From Candidatus Omnitrophota bacterium (lineage in GTDB: Bacteria; Omnitrophota; Omnitrophia; Omnitrophales; Aquincolibacteriaceae), in the NCBI GenBank assembly GCA_035352955.1, contig DAOPYQ010000001.1:229536-293535 (forward strand): DNA of 64,000 nucleotides, in the 5' to 3' direction. The first letter of the stretch is position 1; every line of letters starts with the position of its first letter. The notes beneath the pieces were generated by a model. That model saw only the letters and a list, made by a program, of their open reading frames with translations, was not told the DNA's origin and did no database searches. This document shows, one piece after another, positions 37,385-46,847 of this stretch. Made by a program: the position numbers and the translations under genes.

Positions 37385-38395
37385 ATGAAAGAACGTTTGC
37401 TCGGAAGAACGGGGCTGCGTGTTTCTGAGATCGGTTTTGGCGCTTGGGCCATCGGCGGGAACGCTTATGGACCGGTTTGCGATGAAGATTCCCTGAAGGC
37501 ACTCGATACCGCGTGGTCCTCCGGACTCAATTTTTTTGATACAGCCGATATCTACGGCGAAGGGCACAGCGAAGCGCTTCTGGGCCGTTTCCTTAAGGGG
37601 AAGCCCCGCGGCCAGATCGTTGTTGCGACCAAGGCGGGTTGGGATTTCTATCCGGCTTCGGCAAAGGCTTTTCCGGGAAAAAAAGGCGCCGGGGCGAACC
37701 ACGCCGGGCACCGGAAGAATTTTGATCCTTTCTATATCCGGTTCGCTTGTGAGCAGAGTTTGAAGCGGTTAGGGGTTGAAACGATCGATCTTTTTCAGCT
37801 TCATAATCCTTCTCTGGAGCTGATCCGGAAAAAAGAGTTGACCGGTGTTCTGGAAGATCTGAAAAAGGAAGGGAAGATCCGGTTCGTCGGGATCTCGGTG
37901 CATACGGAAGCGGAGGCGCTCGCGGCTTTGGAGGATCCTCAAATAGATGCTTTGCAAGTGATCTTTAATTTGCTGGATCAACGCATGGCCACGAAGATTT
38001 TTCCGGAGGCGAAAAGAAAAAGCATCGCTTTGATCGCGCGGGAGCCGCTGGCGCACGGTCTTCTGACCGGGAAGTATCCGCCGGCACATGAATTTCCGAA
38101 AGATGATCACCGCCGTCGTTGGGTCCGCGAGAAACGGGAGCTGGATTGGGAGAAGATCCGCCGCCTCCGGAAAGTTTTGGACGGAAAAAGCATCCCGCTG
38201 GCACAGGCGGCGCTTGAATACGCGCTGACGTTTGATGCGGTTTCTGCGGTGATTCCCGGCGCAAAGACCCGGGAGCAGGTCGCGGCGAATCTTGAGGCGT
38301 CTTTCAATCCGGGGCTGACCCCGGAAGAGATCCGGGGGTTTAAGGAGCTTTATGAGAGAGAACCTGTTTTTCGGGAAGGATTGATCCCGCGATGA
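37385..38395 (+). CDS. aldo/keto reductase
   Basis: GFGAWAIGG, FDTADIYG, the tetrad residues and IPGAKT. 336 aa. Confidence 0.8.
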   Translation: MKERLLGRTGLRVSEIGFGAWAIGGNAYGPVCDEDSLKALDTAWSSGLNFFDTADIYGEGHSEALLGRFLKGKPRGQIVVATKAGWDFYPASAKAFPGKKGAGANHAGHRKNFDPFYIRFACEQSLKRLGVETIDLFQLHNPSLELIRKKELTGVLEDLKKEGKIRFVGISVHTEAEALAALEDPQIDALQVIFNLLDQRMATKIFPEAKRKSIALIAREPLAHGLLTGKYPPAHEFPKDDHRRRWVREKRELDWEKIRRLRKVLDGKSIPLAQAALEYALTFDAVSAVIPGAKTREQVAANLEASFNPGLTPEEIRGFKELYEREPVFREGLIPR

Positions 38396-39642
38396 AAGCA
38401 TTAAAAATTTTTGCAGTTCTCTTGTGTCTTGGCCTGGCCCTTTTTGTTTTCCACCCGCAAATTCTCGGGAGGATCGCCCAGCCGTTCCTGGCGCAGGTCA
38501 TGACCGATGCTTTTGATATGCCCGTGACGGTCGACGGATTGCAGGTCCGTTTGTGGCCGGTCGCTCACGTCCATGCTGACAAGATCGAATGTCTGAACCC
38601 GCCGGGATTCAAGCGTCGCGAGCATTGGACGGGGAAAGGAATCGATCTGGACCTTGATCTGAGCCATCTCAGGAACAAATATATCCGGATCACTTACGCG
38701 CATTTTGACGTGGCGATCTTTGCGATCGAAAGCTATATGGCTTCTGACGGTTCGCGGACGAACGTCATGCATTGGTACCACCACATGGGGCTTGATGAAG
38801 AGGATCCTCCGCCTCCGCCCGTGCCGCATCCCGCGCCCGGACCGGATAACGCGGGAGAGGATCACTGGCGCACGAGGATCGAGCGGCTCGATCTGGACAA
38901 TGGGTCGGTCATTTTTGACGACCGGCGGGAAGCGGAGGAGCATCGCTGGGTCTTCGAGCACCTGAAAGGCTATTGGACCGGGTTTGATTTTCTTTCGGAT
39001 TATGTCAGCCCCGTTTTTACCGAATACATCAAGTTGGAAGGAACGTTCGGGACGAACCCGCCGGCGAAATTCCGCGGGGAAGGGAAGGTCCAGTTCGCGG
39101 ACGGAGACAATTTTAATGTCGAAGCCGAGATCCTCGACGGTTCGGTATTGGAATACGACTTTTTGATGGCCGGGCTTCCGGGCGAGGTCCAGGGCGGGAC
39201 CTTTGAGCTTCACTCCAAACTGCTTTGTGTCGAAAGCAATCTTGATTCGCAGCATCTTTTGACGCTGAAGGACTTGAAATTCGGTTCCCCGACGGCGGTT
39301 CAAAAGATCATGAAATATCCGCTCGGCACCGTGCTCTTCCTGTTGCAAAGTGAAAAGACCGTTCAACTTGACATGAAAGTGGACGGCTATATCGGGGACC
39401 CGAAATTCCGGTTCATCAGCGCTTTTACGAAGGCGTTGCAAAAATCGTTGTTTGAGAAAGCCAAAGCGACCCTGAAGGGGGTCGGGAAAGGAACGATGAT
39501 CCTTGCAACGGAGGCGCCGAACCAGGTGAAGAACGGTCTCGGCAAACTCGGAGAAATTCTGACAAGTCCTTTTACGTCCGGCGCGAGCGGCGAGGCCGAA
39601 TCCGTTGCCGACACCACGGGAGATAAAAATGTCTCAAACTAA
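38392..39642 (+). CDS. N-terminally anchored periplasmic protein with a proline-rich linker (hypothetical; AsmA/DUF748-like)
   Basis: A signal-anchor (MKALKIFAVLLCLGLALFVF), a linker (EDPPPPPVPHPAPGPD), then a beta-rich C-terminal region. Family is uncertain. Confidence 0.4.
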   Translation: MKALKIFAVLLCLGLALFVFHPQILGRIAQPFLAQVMTDAFDMPVTVDGLQVRLWPVAHVHADKIECLNPPGFKRREHWTGKGIDLDLDLSHLRNKYIRITYAHFDVAIFAIESYMASDGSRTNVMHWYHHMGLDEEDPPPPPVPHPAPGPDNAGEDHWRTRIERLDLDNGSVIFDDRREAEEHRWVFEHLKGYWTGFDFLSDYVSPVFTEYIKLEGTFGTNPPAKFRGEGKVQFADGDNFNVEAEILDGSVLEYDFLMAGLPGEVQGGTFELHSKLLCVESNLDSQHLLTLKDLKFGSPTAVQKIMKYPLGTVLFLLQSEKTVQLDMKVDGYIGDPKFRFISAFTKALQKSLFEKAKATLKGVGKGTMILATEAPNQVKNGLGKLGEILTSPFTSGASGEAESVADTTGDKNVSN

Positions 39643-40549
39643 AACGGGTCATATTGCGATCATCGGCCGTCCGAACGTCGGAAAATCGACGCTCCTGAAC
39701 TATCTTGTGGGTGAAAAACTTGCGGGGACTTCCGCCAAGCCCCAGACTACGCGCGACGTGATCCGCGGGATCCTCACGGTCCAGGACGGCAACGTGTTCC
39801 AGAGTCCCCTGCGCGGGCAGATGATCTTTCTGGATACCCCCGGCGTTCATCAGCCTCAAGATTCGCTCGGCGAGGGGATGATCCGTGAGGTCCGGCACTC
39901 GCTCGAAGAGGCGGACCTGATTTTCTGGATGGCGTATCCGAAGCCGGTGGGTGATACGGAAAGGGCGATCCTGAAATGGGTGCAGGATCTTTCGACGCCG
40001 GTGTTTCTTTTGATCAACCAGATCGACCGGTTCAAGAAGGATCAGCTTCTGGTGGCGCTTGATTCTTTTTCGAAGGTTTTTCCGTTCAAGGAGTTTATTC
40101 CCATCAGCGCGAAGACCGGAGAGAACGTGAAGGTCCTGGTCCAAAAAACGCTAGAGTATCTCCCGGAGGGGGAATACCTTTATCCGGAAGATCAGCTTTC
40201 AGGCCAGAACGTGCGTTTTCATGTGCAGGAGATGATCCGGGAAAAGCTGTATCACTTCCTGGGGCAGGAATTGCCTTATGACGCGACGGTCCGGATCGAC
40301 GAGTTCAAGGAAGAAGAAAAGATCACCCGGATCCACGCGACGATCGTCGTGGAACGGGAATCCCAGAAGGCGATCGTGATCGGCCAGGGCGGAGAAAAGA
40401 TCAAACAGATCGGCACGGCTGCCCGGTTGGATATCGAGAAATTCCTCGGGAAAAAGGTTTTTCTGCAGCTCTGGGCGAAATCGATCTCGGACTGGAAAAA
40501 CAACCGGCATTTTCTGGATGAGTCCCGTCAGAACACGGATCCTCGGTAA
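39629..40549 (+). CDS. era: GTPase Era
   Basis: GRPNVGKST (G1), DTPG (G3), a C-terminal KH domain. The likely start is MSQTKTGH at 39629. The track ORF starts at 39605. Confidence 0.85.
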   Translation: MSQTKTGHIAIIGRPNVGKSTLLNYLVGEKLAGTSAKPQTTRDVIRGILTVQDGNVFQSPLRGQMIFLDTPGVHQPQDSLGEGMIREVRHSLEEADLIFWMAYPKPVGDTERAILKWVQDLSTPVFLLINQIDRFKKDQLLVALDSFSKVFPFKEFIPISAKTGENVKVLVQKTLEYLPEGEYLYPEDQLSGQNVRFHVQEMIREKLYHFLGQELPYDATVRIDEFKEEEKITRIHATIVVERESQKAIVIGQGGEKIKQIGTAARLDIEKFLGKKVFLQLWAKSISDWKNNRHFLDESRQNTDPR

Positions 40550-40654
40550 TTAAAAGATCGACGGGAAATCAGTGCCGTCCGAGTCCCCTTTAATGAAATG
40601 AGATAAAGCCTTGGGTCGGCCGGCGGCGATCTATGATCGAGGGGCCGGACCCTT

Positions 40655-41932
40655 TTATGGTTGGAACGAAGCGAATCCGGGAAGGTTTTTGCCGAGGAGC
40701 GGAAGGGCGTATTTCGCGAAAGCCGGCGTGATCATGGCTTTCCCAGCGTCAAAGAATTCCGGGGGCAGATACCTCTCGCGGTTCGGGATCCTGTCGAGCG
40801 GCACGGCCCGGTAAGAGATCCCGTAGGTTTCTCCCGCTTTTCTCTCAAATCCCACCATGACGCGTGATTTTCCCTGAAGCGCCCACTTAACCGCGTGCAC
40901 GCCGGCCTGATAAGCCTCTTTTTGATCGGATTCCGAAATGTACGCCATCGACATGCGCTGGATGGTGCCCGGTTTATCAAAACGCGCGCGGACCTTAAGA
41001 TTTTTTTCAAGGATCGTCGCGAGCCGTGCGGCCGTGCCTTCGACATACTTGTGGCCGAACGGGTCTGCGATGACGCCCTCGGTTTTCGAGCCGATACGGT
41101 TGCCGGCGTGGTCGCGGATGGTCTCCGAGATCACGATGATGCAGTATCCGGCGGATTGCAAGACGGCTTCGGTCCGTTTTACAAAGGCGGACTCATTGAA
41201 CGGGACTTCCGGGACGAGCAGGATGTGAGGCGCGTCTTTGGGGGATCTTTTTAAAAGAGCCGCCGCGGCGACGATCCAGCCGGAGTTCCGCCCCATGAGC
41301 TCGATGATCTTGACCGGATCGACGCGCTGCATGGCTTTCGTGTCCAGCGCTGCTTCCTGGGTGGTGACGGCCGCGAAACGCGCCACCGAGCCGTAGCCGG
41401 GGCAGTGGTCCGTTTCCATCAGGTCGTTGTCGATCGTTTTCGGGATATGAATAACGCGGAGTTCGTAGCGGTCTTTTTCCGCGGCGTTCGCGATCTGGAG
41501 GCTGGTGTTGGCGGTATCGTTCCCGCCGATCAAAAAAACATGCCGGATATTTTGCCGCCGCAGGCTCGCGACGATCTTTCGAGTGTCGTCGGGTTTCAGT
41601 TTATAGCGGGAGGAACCGAGCGCCGCGGAAGGGGTGTTCGCAATCCCGCGCATGAACTCCGGCGGTTGCGCCTTGAGATCCACGAAAGAACCGTTGAGAA
41701 TCCCTTCAATACCGTGCCGGGATCCGAGGATCCCCGTAATCGCTTTCGACGTGCGTGCCGCAGCGACCACTCCGGCGAGGCTCTGATTGATGACGGCCGT
41801 GCAACCGCCCGATTGTGCAACGAGGGCCTTCCCCAGGCAGCCGTTTTTGGGGGACCGAAGGTTGTCAGGGCCGCTCCGGCGGCTCGTCGGATTTTTTGAT
41901 GGAGAAGGGGATTTGCTTTTTAGGGTCGTCAT
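40655..41932 (-). CDS. 6-phosphofructokinase family protein (possibly PPi-dependent)
   Basis: PKTIDND, ELMGRNSG and GGNDT motifs. The N-terminal 30 residues of the track ORF are Ser/Pro-rich and probably not part of the enzyme. The true start is unclear. Confidence 0.7.
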   Translation of the reverse strand: MTTLKSKSPSPSKNPTSRRSGPDNLRSPKNGCLGKALVAQSGGCTAVINQSLAGVVAAARTSKAITGILGSRHGIEGILNGSFVDLKAQPPEFMRGIANTPSAALGSSRYKLKPDDTRKIVASLRRQNIRHVFLIGGNDTANTSLQIANAAEKDRYELRVIHIPKTIDNDLMETDHCPGYGSVARFAAVTTQEAALDTKAMQRVDPVKIIELMGRNSGWIVAAAALLKRSPKDAPHILLVPEVPFNESAFVKRTEAVLQSAGYCIIVISETIRDHAGNRIGSKTEGVIADPFGHKYVEGTAARLATILEKNLKVRARFDKPGTIQRMSMAYISESDQKEAYQAGVHAVKWALQGKSRVMVGFERKAGETYGISYRAVPLDRIPNRERYLPPEFFDAGKAMITPAFAKYALPLLGKNLPGFASFQP

Positions 41933-41968
41933 AGATTTAAGAAGGGCCGATTCCTTTACCGTTCGCGA

Positions 41969-42316
41969 TTATTTAACTTTGATATCTTTCTCCAGTTTTC
42001 CGCTGAGATTGCAATAGGCCTCGACGCTGAGCGAATCTCCGGCCTTTGCTTCCGGAACAACCGCCGTCACGGTCAGGGTCCTGTTGTTGTCCTGTTTCTT
42101 GAAAGATAGGGATTTGACTTCTTTGCCGTTCAGCCCGAGGTCTACCTTGTCAATGTAATGGGTCGCCGGATTGCTGACGCGGTGGGTGATGATGGCGGTG
42201 ACCGTGTTCGTCTTTGCGTCGAACTGGATCTTGATCGCGGAGGGCGGATGGGCGAAAACCTGCGTGCTGATGAGAAGCAGAGCGCAGAGGATCAGGACGA
42301 GTTTTGTGCTTTTCAT
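41969..42316 (-). CDS. small secreted protein with signal peptide (hypothetical)
   Basis: Signal peptide MKSTKLVLILCALLLISTQVFA, then a beta-rich domain of about 90 aa. It is co-oriented with the NqrB/RnfD-like gene and lies 10 nt downstream of it. Confidence 0.5.
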   Translation of the reverse strand: MKSTKLVLILCALLLISTQVFAHPPSAIKIQFDAKTNTVTAIITHRVSNPATHYIDKVDLGLNGKEVKSLSFKKQDNNRTLTVTAVVPEAKAGDSLSVEAYCNLSGKLEKDIKVK

Positions 42317-42325
42317 AAGAATCTC

Positions 42326-43192
42326 CTAGGCGGTTTTGGCGGCGGTTGAAAATTTAAAATTCGGGATCTTGTTGATCCAAGGCGTCAGGGCATTCAGGAC
42401 AAGCAGGGCGAAAAGCTCGGGTTCGTACCGGAAACTCCACTCTGTGAGAAGGAATACGATCAACGCGACGCCGGCGCCGAAAATGATTTTGGCCGGGCGC
42501 GTGGCCGGAGTCGTTTTTGGCTCGATCAGCATGATGAAGATGAAAAACAAATTGAAATATCCAAAAACCCCAAGGACCGGGGCATTCTGCGCGATCGCCT
42601 GCGGAACAAAAAGCAGGAGCGACACGGCCAGGTAACTCAGAACGATTTCCAGTTTTCTGATCTTGTGGACAATATAGAGGCCGGCAGGGATGAGGATGTA
42701 CCAGACGTAGGCGCCGTTCCATTCTGTCGCACCTTTCAGGAAAAGCGAGGCAAGGAAAATGCCGCAGGCCGCCGGGTTCAGAAGGTTCTTTCCGTGGAAT
42801 TGAAGAAGACGTTTTAGCCCCACCGTCAGGAGCGCGACCGTGAGAAACATCCACCAGGGCGATTCGGCGGAAAAGACGAAGCCGAGGATAAGGCCGGACG
42901 TGATCGCGCTTGCAGTGATCTGGAATTTTTTAGTTTTTAGGAGGAGGATCAGGCCTTCGATTAGGACGCAAAAAAGAACGGCCCAGAAAAGGCCGGCCAC
43001 AAAAACGAACCGCGGCTCCAGGATCGCCCAGAAGATCGTGTAGGCGGCCAGAAAAAGATTTAGCTGAACCTTAATGGATCTGAAGTTCATCGCGCCTCCT
43101 TCTTCCTGTCGAATTCGCGTTTGATTTGCGTTAGTATAGCCCGAAGCGAAATTGAAGACCAGCACCGTTCTCCGATTATTGGGAAGATTCAC
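42326..43192 (-). CDS. NqrB/RnfD-family polytopic membrane protein (orphan)
   Basis: 8 TM. Contains EPKTTPATRPAKIIFGAGVAL, which resembles the conserved DPVS..T..GK..YG motif of NqrB/RnfD. The likely start is MNFRSIKVQ (cat at 43088-43090). No other rnf/nqr genes are nearby. Confidence 0.5.
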   Translation of the reverse strand: MNLPNNRRTVLVFNFASGYTNANQTRIRQEEGGAMNFRSIKVQLNLFLAAYTIFWAILEPRFVFVAGLFWAVLFCVLIEGLILLLKTKKFQITASAITSGLILGFVFSAESPWWMFLTVALLTVGLKRLLQFHGKNLLNPAACGIFLASLFLKGATEWNGAYVWYILIPAGLYIVHKIRKLEIVLSYLAVSLLLFVPQAIAQNAPVLGVFGYFNLFFIFIMLIEPKTTPATRPAKIIFGAGVALIVFLLTEWSFRYEPELFALLVLNALTPWINKIPNFKFSTAAKTA

Positions 43193-43220
43193 GGTGCCGG
43201 ATTAAGCCCTTAAAGGACTT

Positions 43221-44294
43221 ATGAAAGATATTTTGGTTAAAAAAGCCGGTGCGAAGATCTGGCGCGCGAAGCTTACGCGGCCCTTCAGTACCGCCCGAGG
43301 CCAGCACGACATTCTCGAGAACGTGCTTTTAACGGTTGAACTGTCGAGCGGCGTGAAGGGGTTTGGCGAGGCGGCGGTTGCGACACATATTACCTGCGAA
43401 ACGGTCCCGGAAACCTTGCGGAACCTCAAATCGGCGGCGCGGGAGGTGACGGGTTTTTCTGTGGCGGACTTTCCGGCCATTGCGGATCAATTTAAACGAC
43501 GGTTTTCCTCCAATAAATGCGCTTTGGCGGCGCTTGAGATGGCGCTTTTGGATGCTGCTTCGCAAGAAATGGGGATCCCGTTCTGGCGCGCTTTCGGAAC
43601 ACGGATCCGGACCCTCCGGACTGACATGACGGTGGTGCTTGGGAATGTGCCGGATGCGGAGGATGCCGCGCGCGAGATCCTCCGGCGAGGGATCGGTTCT
43701 TTTAAAGTGAAGATCGGCCGCGATTTCGTGCTTGATCTCAAACGTGTCGCCGCCGTCGCAAAACTCGCGGGGAAATGTCCCCTTTATCTGGACGCGAACC
43801 AGGGATTTACGGCTATGCAGACGCTGAAATTCCTGAAGGAGCTGGCGCATCTGAAGATCCGGCCCGCGTTGATCGAACAGCCGGTCCCGAAAGGGGACTG
43901 GGAAGGGCTCGCAAAAGTCACCCGGGATTCGAAAGTTCCCGTTTGCGCGGACGAAAGTGTTTCTTCTCTGGAAGATGCGCGGAGGCTGATCAAGGAAAAG
44001 GCTGCGGGGATTATCAATATCAAATTCATGAAAAACGGGATTCTGGACGCCTACGCGATCGCAAAGCTCGCGCGGAAGAACCGCGTGAAGCTCATGATCG
44101 GGACGATGATGGAAACGCCGCTTGCCGTGACGGCGGCCGCGCACCTGGCGGCGAGCCTCGGAGGATTTGATTTTATCGATCTCGACGCGCCGTTCTTTAT
44201 GGCGGAAGATGTGACTCGGGGAAGTTTTGTGACGCCTTCGGGCCTTTACGACTTGAGCAAAGTCAAAGCCGGAATCGGCGTCGTACCCGTCTGA
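43221..44294 (+). CDS. enolase-superfamily enzyme, MLE subgroup (dipeptide epimerase / o-succinylbenzoate synthase-like)
   Basis: KxK motif (FKVKIG), metal ligands D (LDANQG), E (IEQP) and D (CADES), and the second catalytic Lys (IKFMKNG). Confidence 0.7.
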   Translation: MKDILVKKAGAKIWRAKLTRPFSTARGQHDILENVLLTVELSSGVKGFGEAAVATHITCETVPETLRNLKSAAREVTGFSVADFPAIADQFKRRFSSNKCALAALEMALLDAASQEMGIPFWRAFGTRIRTLRTDMTVVLGNVPDAEDAAREILRRGIGSFKVKIGRDFVLDLKRVAAVAKLAGKCPLYLDANQGFTAMQTLKFLKELAHLKIRPALIEQPVPKGDWEGLAKVTRDSKVPVCADESVSSLEDARRLIKEKAAGIINIKFMKNGILDAYAIAKLARKNRVKLMIGTMMETPLAVTAAAHLAASLGGFDFIDLDAPFFMAEDVTRGSFVTPSGLYDLSKVKAGIGVVPV

Positions 44295-44321
44295 CCTAAT
44301 AAAGGATCCGGGAGGGAGATT

Positions 44322-44699
44322 ATGAAGAAAACAATGCTCGTTCTTGGGATGGCGTTCGCGGGTTATGTGGGGTACGCACTTGTCGATATGACCGACCGGC
44401 TTCTTTCTTGTCAGGCGCTTCTTGATGTCGTGGTCTTTATCGCTGTGATCGTTTGTTTTTCGGGGCTCTGGAGGTCCAAGCGGTGGGCGCTTTGGCTGAG
44501 CGGCGTTCTTGCCGTTGCGGCTTTGGCGTGGGGGTGCTACCTGATCCATTTCGTGTGGACGTTCTGGCTTTTTGCGGCGCCAACCTTGAAAGAGAGGATC
44601 GCCGATGTGCTTGATCCCCGGGTTTCGGTTTTTGTCGTTTTCCCGGTGGTTTGGCTCTTTTATTTTAGCCGTCCTAAGGTCCGGGCGCTTTTTGCGTAA
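44322..44699 (+). CDS. small membrane protein (hypothetical, 4 TM)
   Basis: 125 aa, hydrophobic throughout. Confidence 0.4.
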   Translation: MKKTMLVLGMAFAGYVGYALVDMTDRLLSCQALLDVVVFIAVIVCFSGLWRSKRWALWLSGVLAVAALAWGCYLIHFVWTFWLFAAPTLKERIADVLDPRVSVFVVFPVVWLFYFSRPKVRALFA

Positions 44700-44705
44700 G
44701 ACCGT

Positions 44706-45866
44706 ATGATCCGCAATCCTCTAGGTATTCTCGGCATCCTCGTTCTGACTGAAGCGGTGGTCCTCTGTTTTACCGAACACGCGCGTTTCAAACGGTTCTT
44801 TCAGTTCCCTCCGTCGATGTTCTGGATCTATTTTCTGCCGATGGTGTTCTCGACTTTTAATATTATTCCGCAGCAGAGCGAAGTGTACCCGAAGATCGGC
44901 GCGTATGTCCTGCCGGCAAGTCTCATCCTGCTTTTGATCTCGGCGGACCTCAAAGCCATTTTCAAGCTCGGTGTTCCGGCGCTTGGAATGATGTTCGCCG
45001 GAACTTTCGGCGTGCTCCTCGGAGCGCCGGTCGTGTTGTGGATCTTTAAGCCGTGGCTTTCTGCGGACGCCTGGTCGGGATTCGCGGCTCTTTCGGCTTC
45101 CTGGACCGGCGGTAGCGCCAATATGATCGCGGTTAAGGAAGCGCTGGGTACGCCGGATGCGGTGTTCCTGCCGATGGTCGTGGTGGACACGCTTGTGGCT
45201 TATTCGTGGATGGGGATCCTCATCCTTCTGGAAGGGGTGCAGGTCGCTTACGATAAATGGAACCGCTCGGACCGGACGGTGGTTGAGGAACTCCACCGTA
45301 AGATCGCCGCGGCGTCGGTTTCCACTCCGGGCGTTCTCCGTCTCGAATTTATTTTACTGATCCTTTTTGCGGGAGCGTTTGGCGCCGGGATATCTGTGTG
45401 CGGTGCGCGGTGGCTCGTGGGCTTGACGGGCATTCCTCAGAATACGCTGCTGATCCTGATCGCTTCGACGCTTGGGATCGCGTTTTCGTTCACGCCGGTC
45501 AAAAAGCTGGAATCTTTCGGAGCGTCGAGGATCGGTTATATTCTTCTCTACTTTGTCCTGACCTCGATCGGTGCGAGAGCAAGTCTTGCAAGTATTGTTT
45601 CCGCGCCGCTTCTGATCGTGGCAGGGTTCGTGTGGGTTTTGATCCACGCGCTATTTCTTTTTGCCGTTTCTCGGTTAACCCGTACGCCTCTCTGCCTTGT
45701 TGCCACGGCAAGCCAGGCGAATATCGGCGGTCCGGCTTCCGCGCCTGTGGTGGCCGCGGTTTATGAACCCGCGCTCGCGCCCGTCGGATTGCTGCTCGGG
45801 GTGCTGGGGAACGTCATGGGCACGTATTGCGGCCTGCTTTGCGCGCAGCTGTGCCGGCTTTTTTAG
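44706..45866 (+). CDS. DUF819-like polytopic membrane protein (putative transporter)
   Basis: 386 aa, about 11 TM. Family tentative. Confidence 0.5.
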   Translation: MIRNPLGILGILVLTEAVVLCFTEHARFKRFFQFPPSMFWIYFLPMVFSTFNIIPQQSEVYPKIGAYVLPASLILLLISADLKAIFKLGVPALGMMFAGTFGVLLGAPVVLWIFKPWLSADAWSGFAALSASWTGGSANMIAVKEALGTPDAVFLPMVVVDTLVAYSWMGILILLEGVQVAYDKWNRSDRTVVEELHRKIAAASVSTPGVLRLEFILLILFAGAFGAGISVCGARWLVGLTGIPQNTLLILIASTLGIAFSFTPVKKLESFGASRIGYILLYFVLTSIGARASLASIVSAPLLIVAGFVWVLIHALFLFAVSRLTRTPLCLVATASQANIGGPASAPVVAAVYEPALAPVGLLLGVLGNVMGTYCGLLCAQLCRLF

Positions 45867-45921
45867 CGTAACGCACGACGCGCAACGGAAACGTAAAATC
45901 TCACTCGTCAGTCCGTTACGC
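45866..45921. repeat. palindromic intergenic element, family A
   Basis: gcgtaacgcacgacgcgcaacggaaacg ... gtccgttacgc. It starts at the stop codon of the DUF819 gene. Confidence 0.5.
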
Positions 45922-45964
45922 AAAAAGTGGACGAGATGATTTTCTTTGTTACAATACCTTCCCT

Positions 45965-46588
45965 ATGAAAAAAACAGCCAATGCTAAAATCAAAGCCGTC
46001 ATTTTCGATCTCGGCAACGTGCTCGTCAATTATGACGTCAAGAAAGCCGCGAAGCGTTTTTCTGAAGCCGGCGGCATCTCCAAGCTCCGTATTTGGGCAC
46101 ATTTTTTTCTTTCGAAGTTTGAACAGGCCTACACGCGGGGGGAGATCTCGACCCGGGAGTTTTACAGGGAGGCGTGCCGTGTTTTCAAAAAACCCGTTTC
46201 CTACAGCACCTTCAAACACTATTGGAACGACATCTTCTGGGAAAATCCTGGGATGGACCGGCTGCTTGCACGGATCAAAAAACATTACCCGCTTTATCTG
46301 ATCTCCAACACCAACGCGCTTCACTTTGCCCACATCAAAAAAGAATTCAAGATCCTCCGCCATTTTGACCGCAAGTTCCCGTCGCATGAGGTCGGTGCCC
46401 GCAAGCCGGACCTCAAGATCTACCGCCGCGTCCTGAAGAAAATCGGTTTTCGTCCCGAAGAGACCGTTTTCATCGATGATATGAAAAGTTTTATCAAGGG
46501 CGCCCGCAAGGCAGGCATGTATGCCATCCGCTTCCGGGACCGCGAACGGCTTGTGAAGGATCTCCGCCGGCTCGGTATTCGCTTCTAA
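45965..46588 (+). CDS. HAD-family hydrolase (subfamily IA-like)
   Basis: Motif I VIFDLGNVL, motif II LISNTN, motif IV FIDD. 207 aa. Confidence 0.75.
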   Translation: MKKTANAKIKAVIFDLGNVLVNYDVKKAAKRFSEAGGISKLRIWAHFFLSKFEQAYTRGEISTREFYREACRVFKKPVSYSTFKHYWNDIFWENPGMDRLLARIKKHYPLYLISNTNALHFAHIKKEFKILRHFDRKFPSHEVGARKPDLKIYRRVLKKIGFRPEETVFIDDMKSFIKGARKAGMYAIRFRDRERLVKDLRRLGIRF

Positions 46589-46847
46589 GCTTTGCTTTAA
46601 AATAATATAATATTGATAAATAACAATATTATGTTATCCTTCCCCAATGAATATCAAGCAATCGACCACGCACAAAATAACTGCACCCATCTTTCTGATC
46701 CGCGGGCAGAAGGTCATGCAAGAGAGTTTTTGCGAAGATCCGGCAAATGCCTCTCCGACATAAAGACCTTTCTCTGCATTTTGAAAAGCTTGAAACGACC
46801 GTTGAAAAGCACGGCAAGCGGATCGGGTTTCTTTTGTAGGTTCCATA

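Noticed and set aside
40550-40654. Possible terminator hairpin (gggtcggccgg...ccggaccc) between convergent era and the phosphofructokinase gene
   Set aside because: The stem is imperfect and the downstream T-run is weak. Not confident enough to list as a feature.
43329-44549. 406-aa minus-strand ORF
   Set aside because: Antisense to the enolase-superfamily gene. Arg/His-rich.
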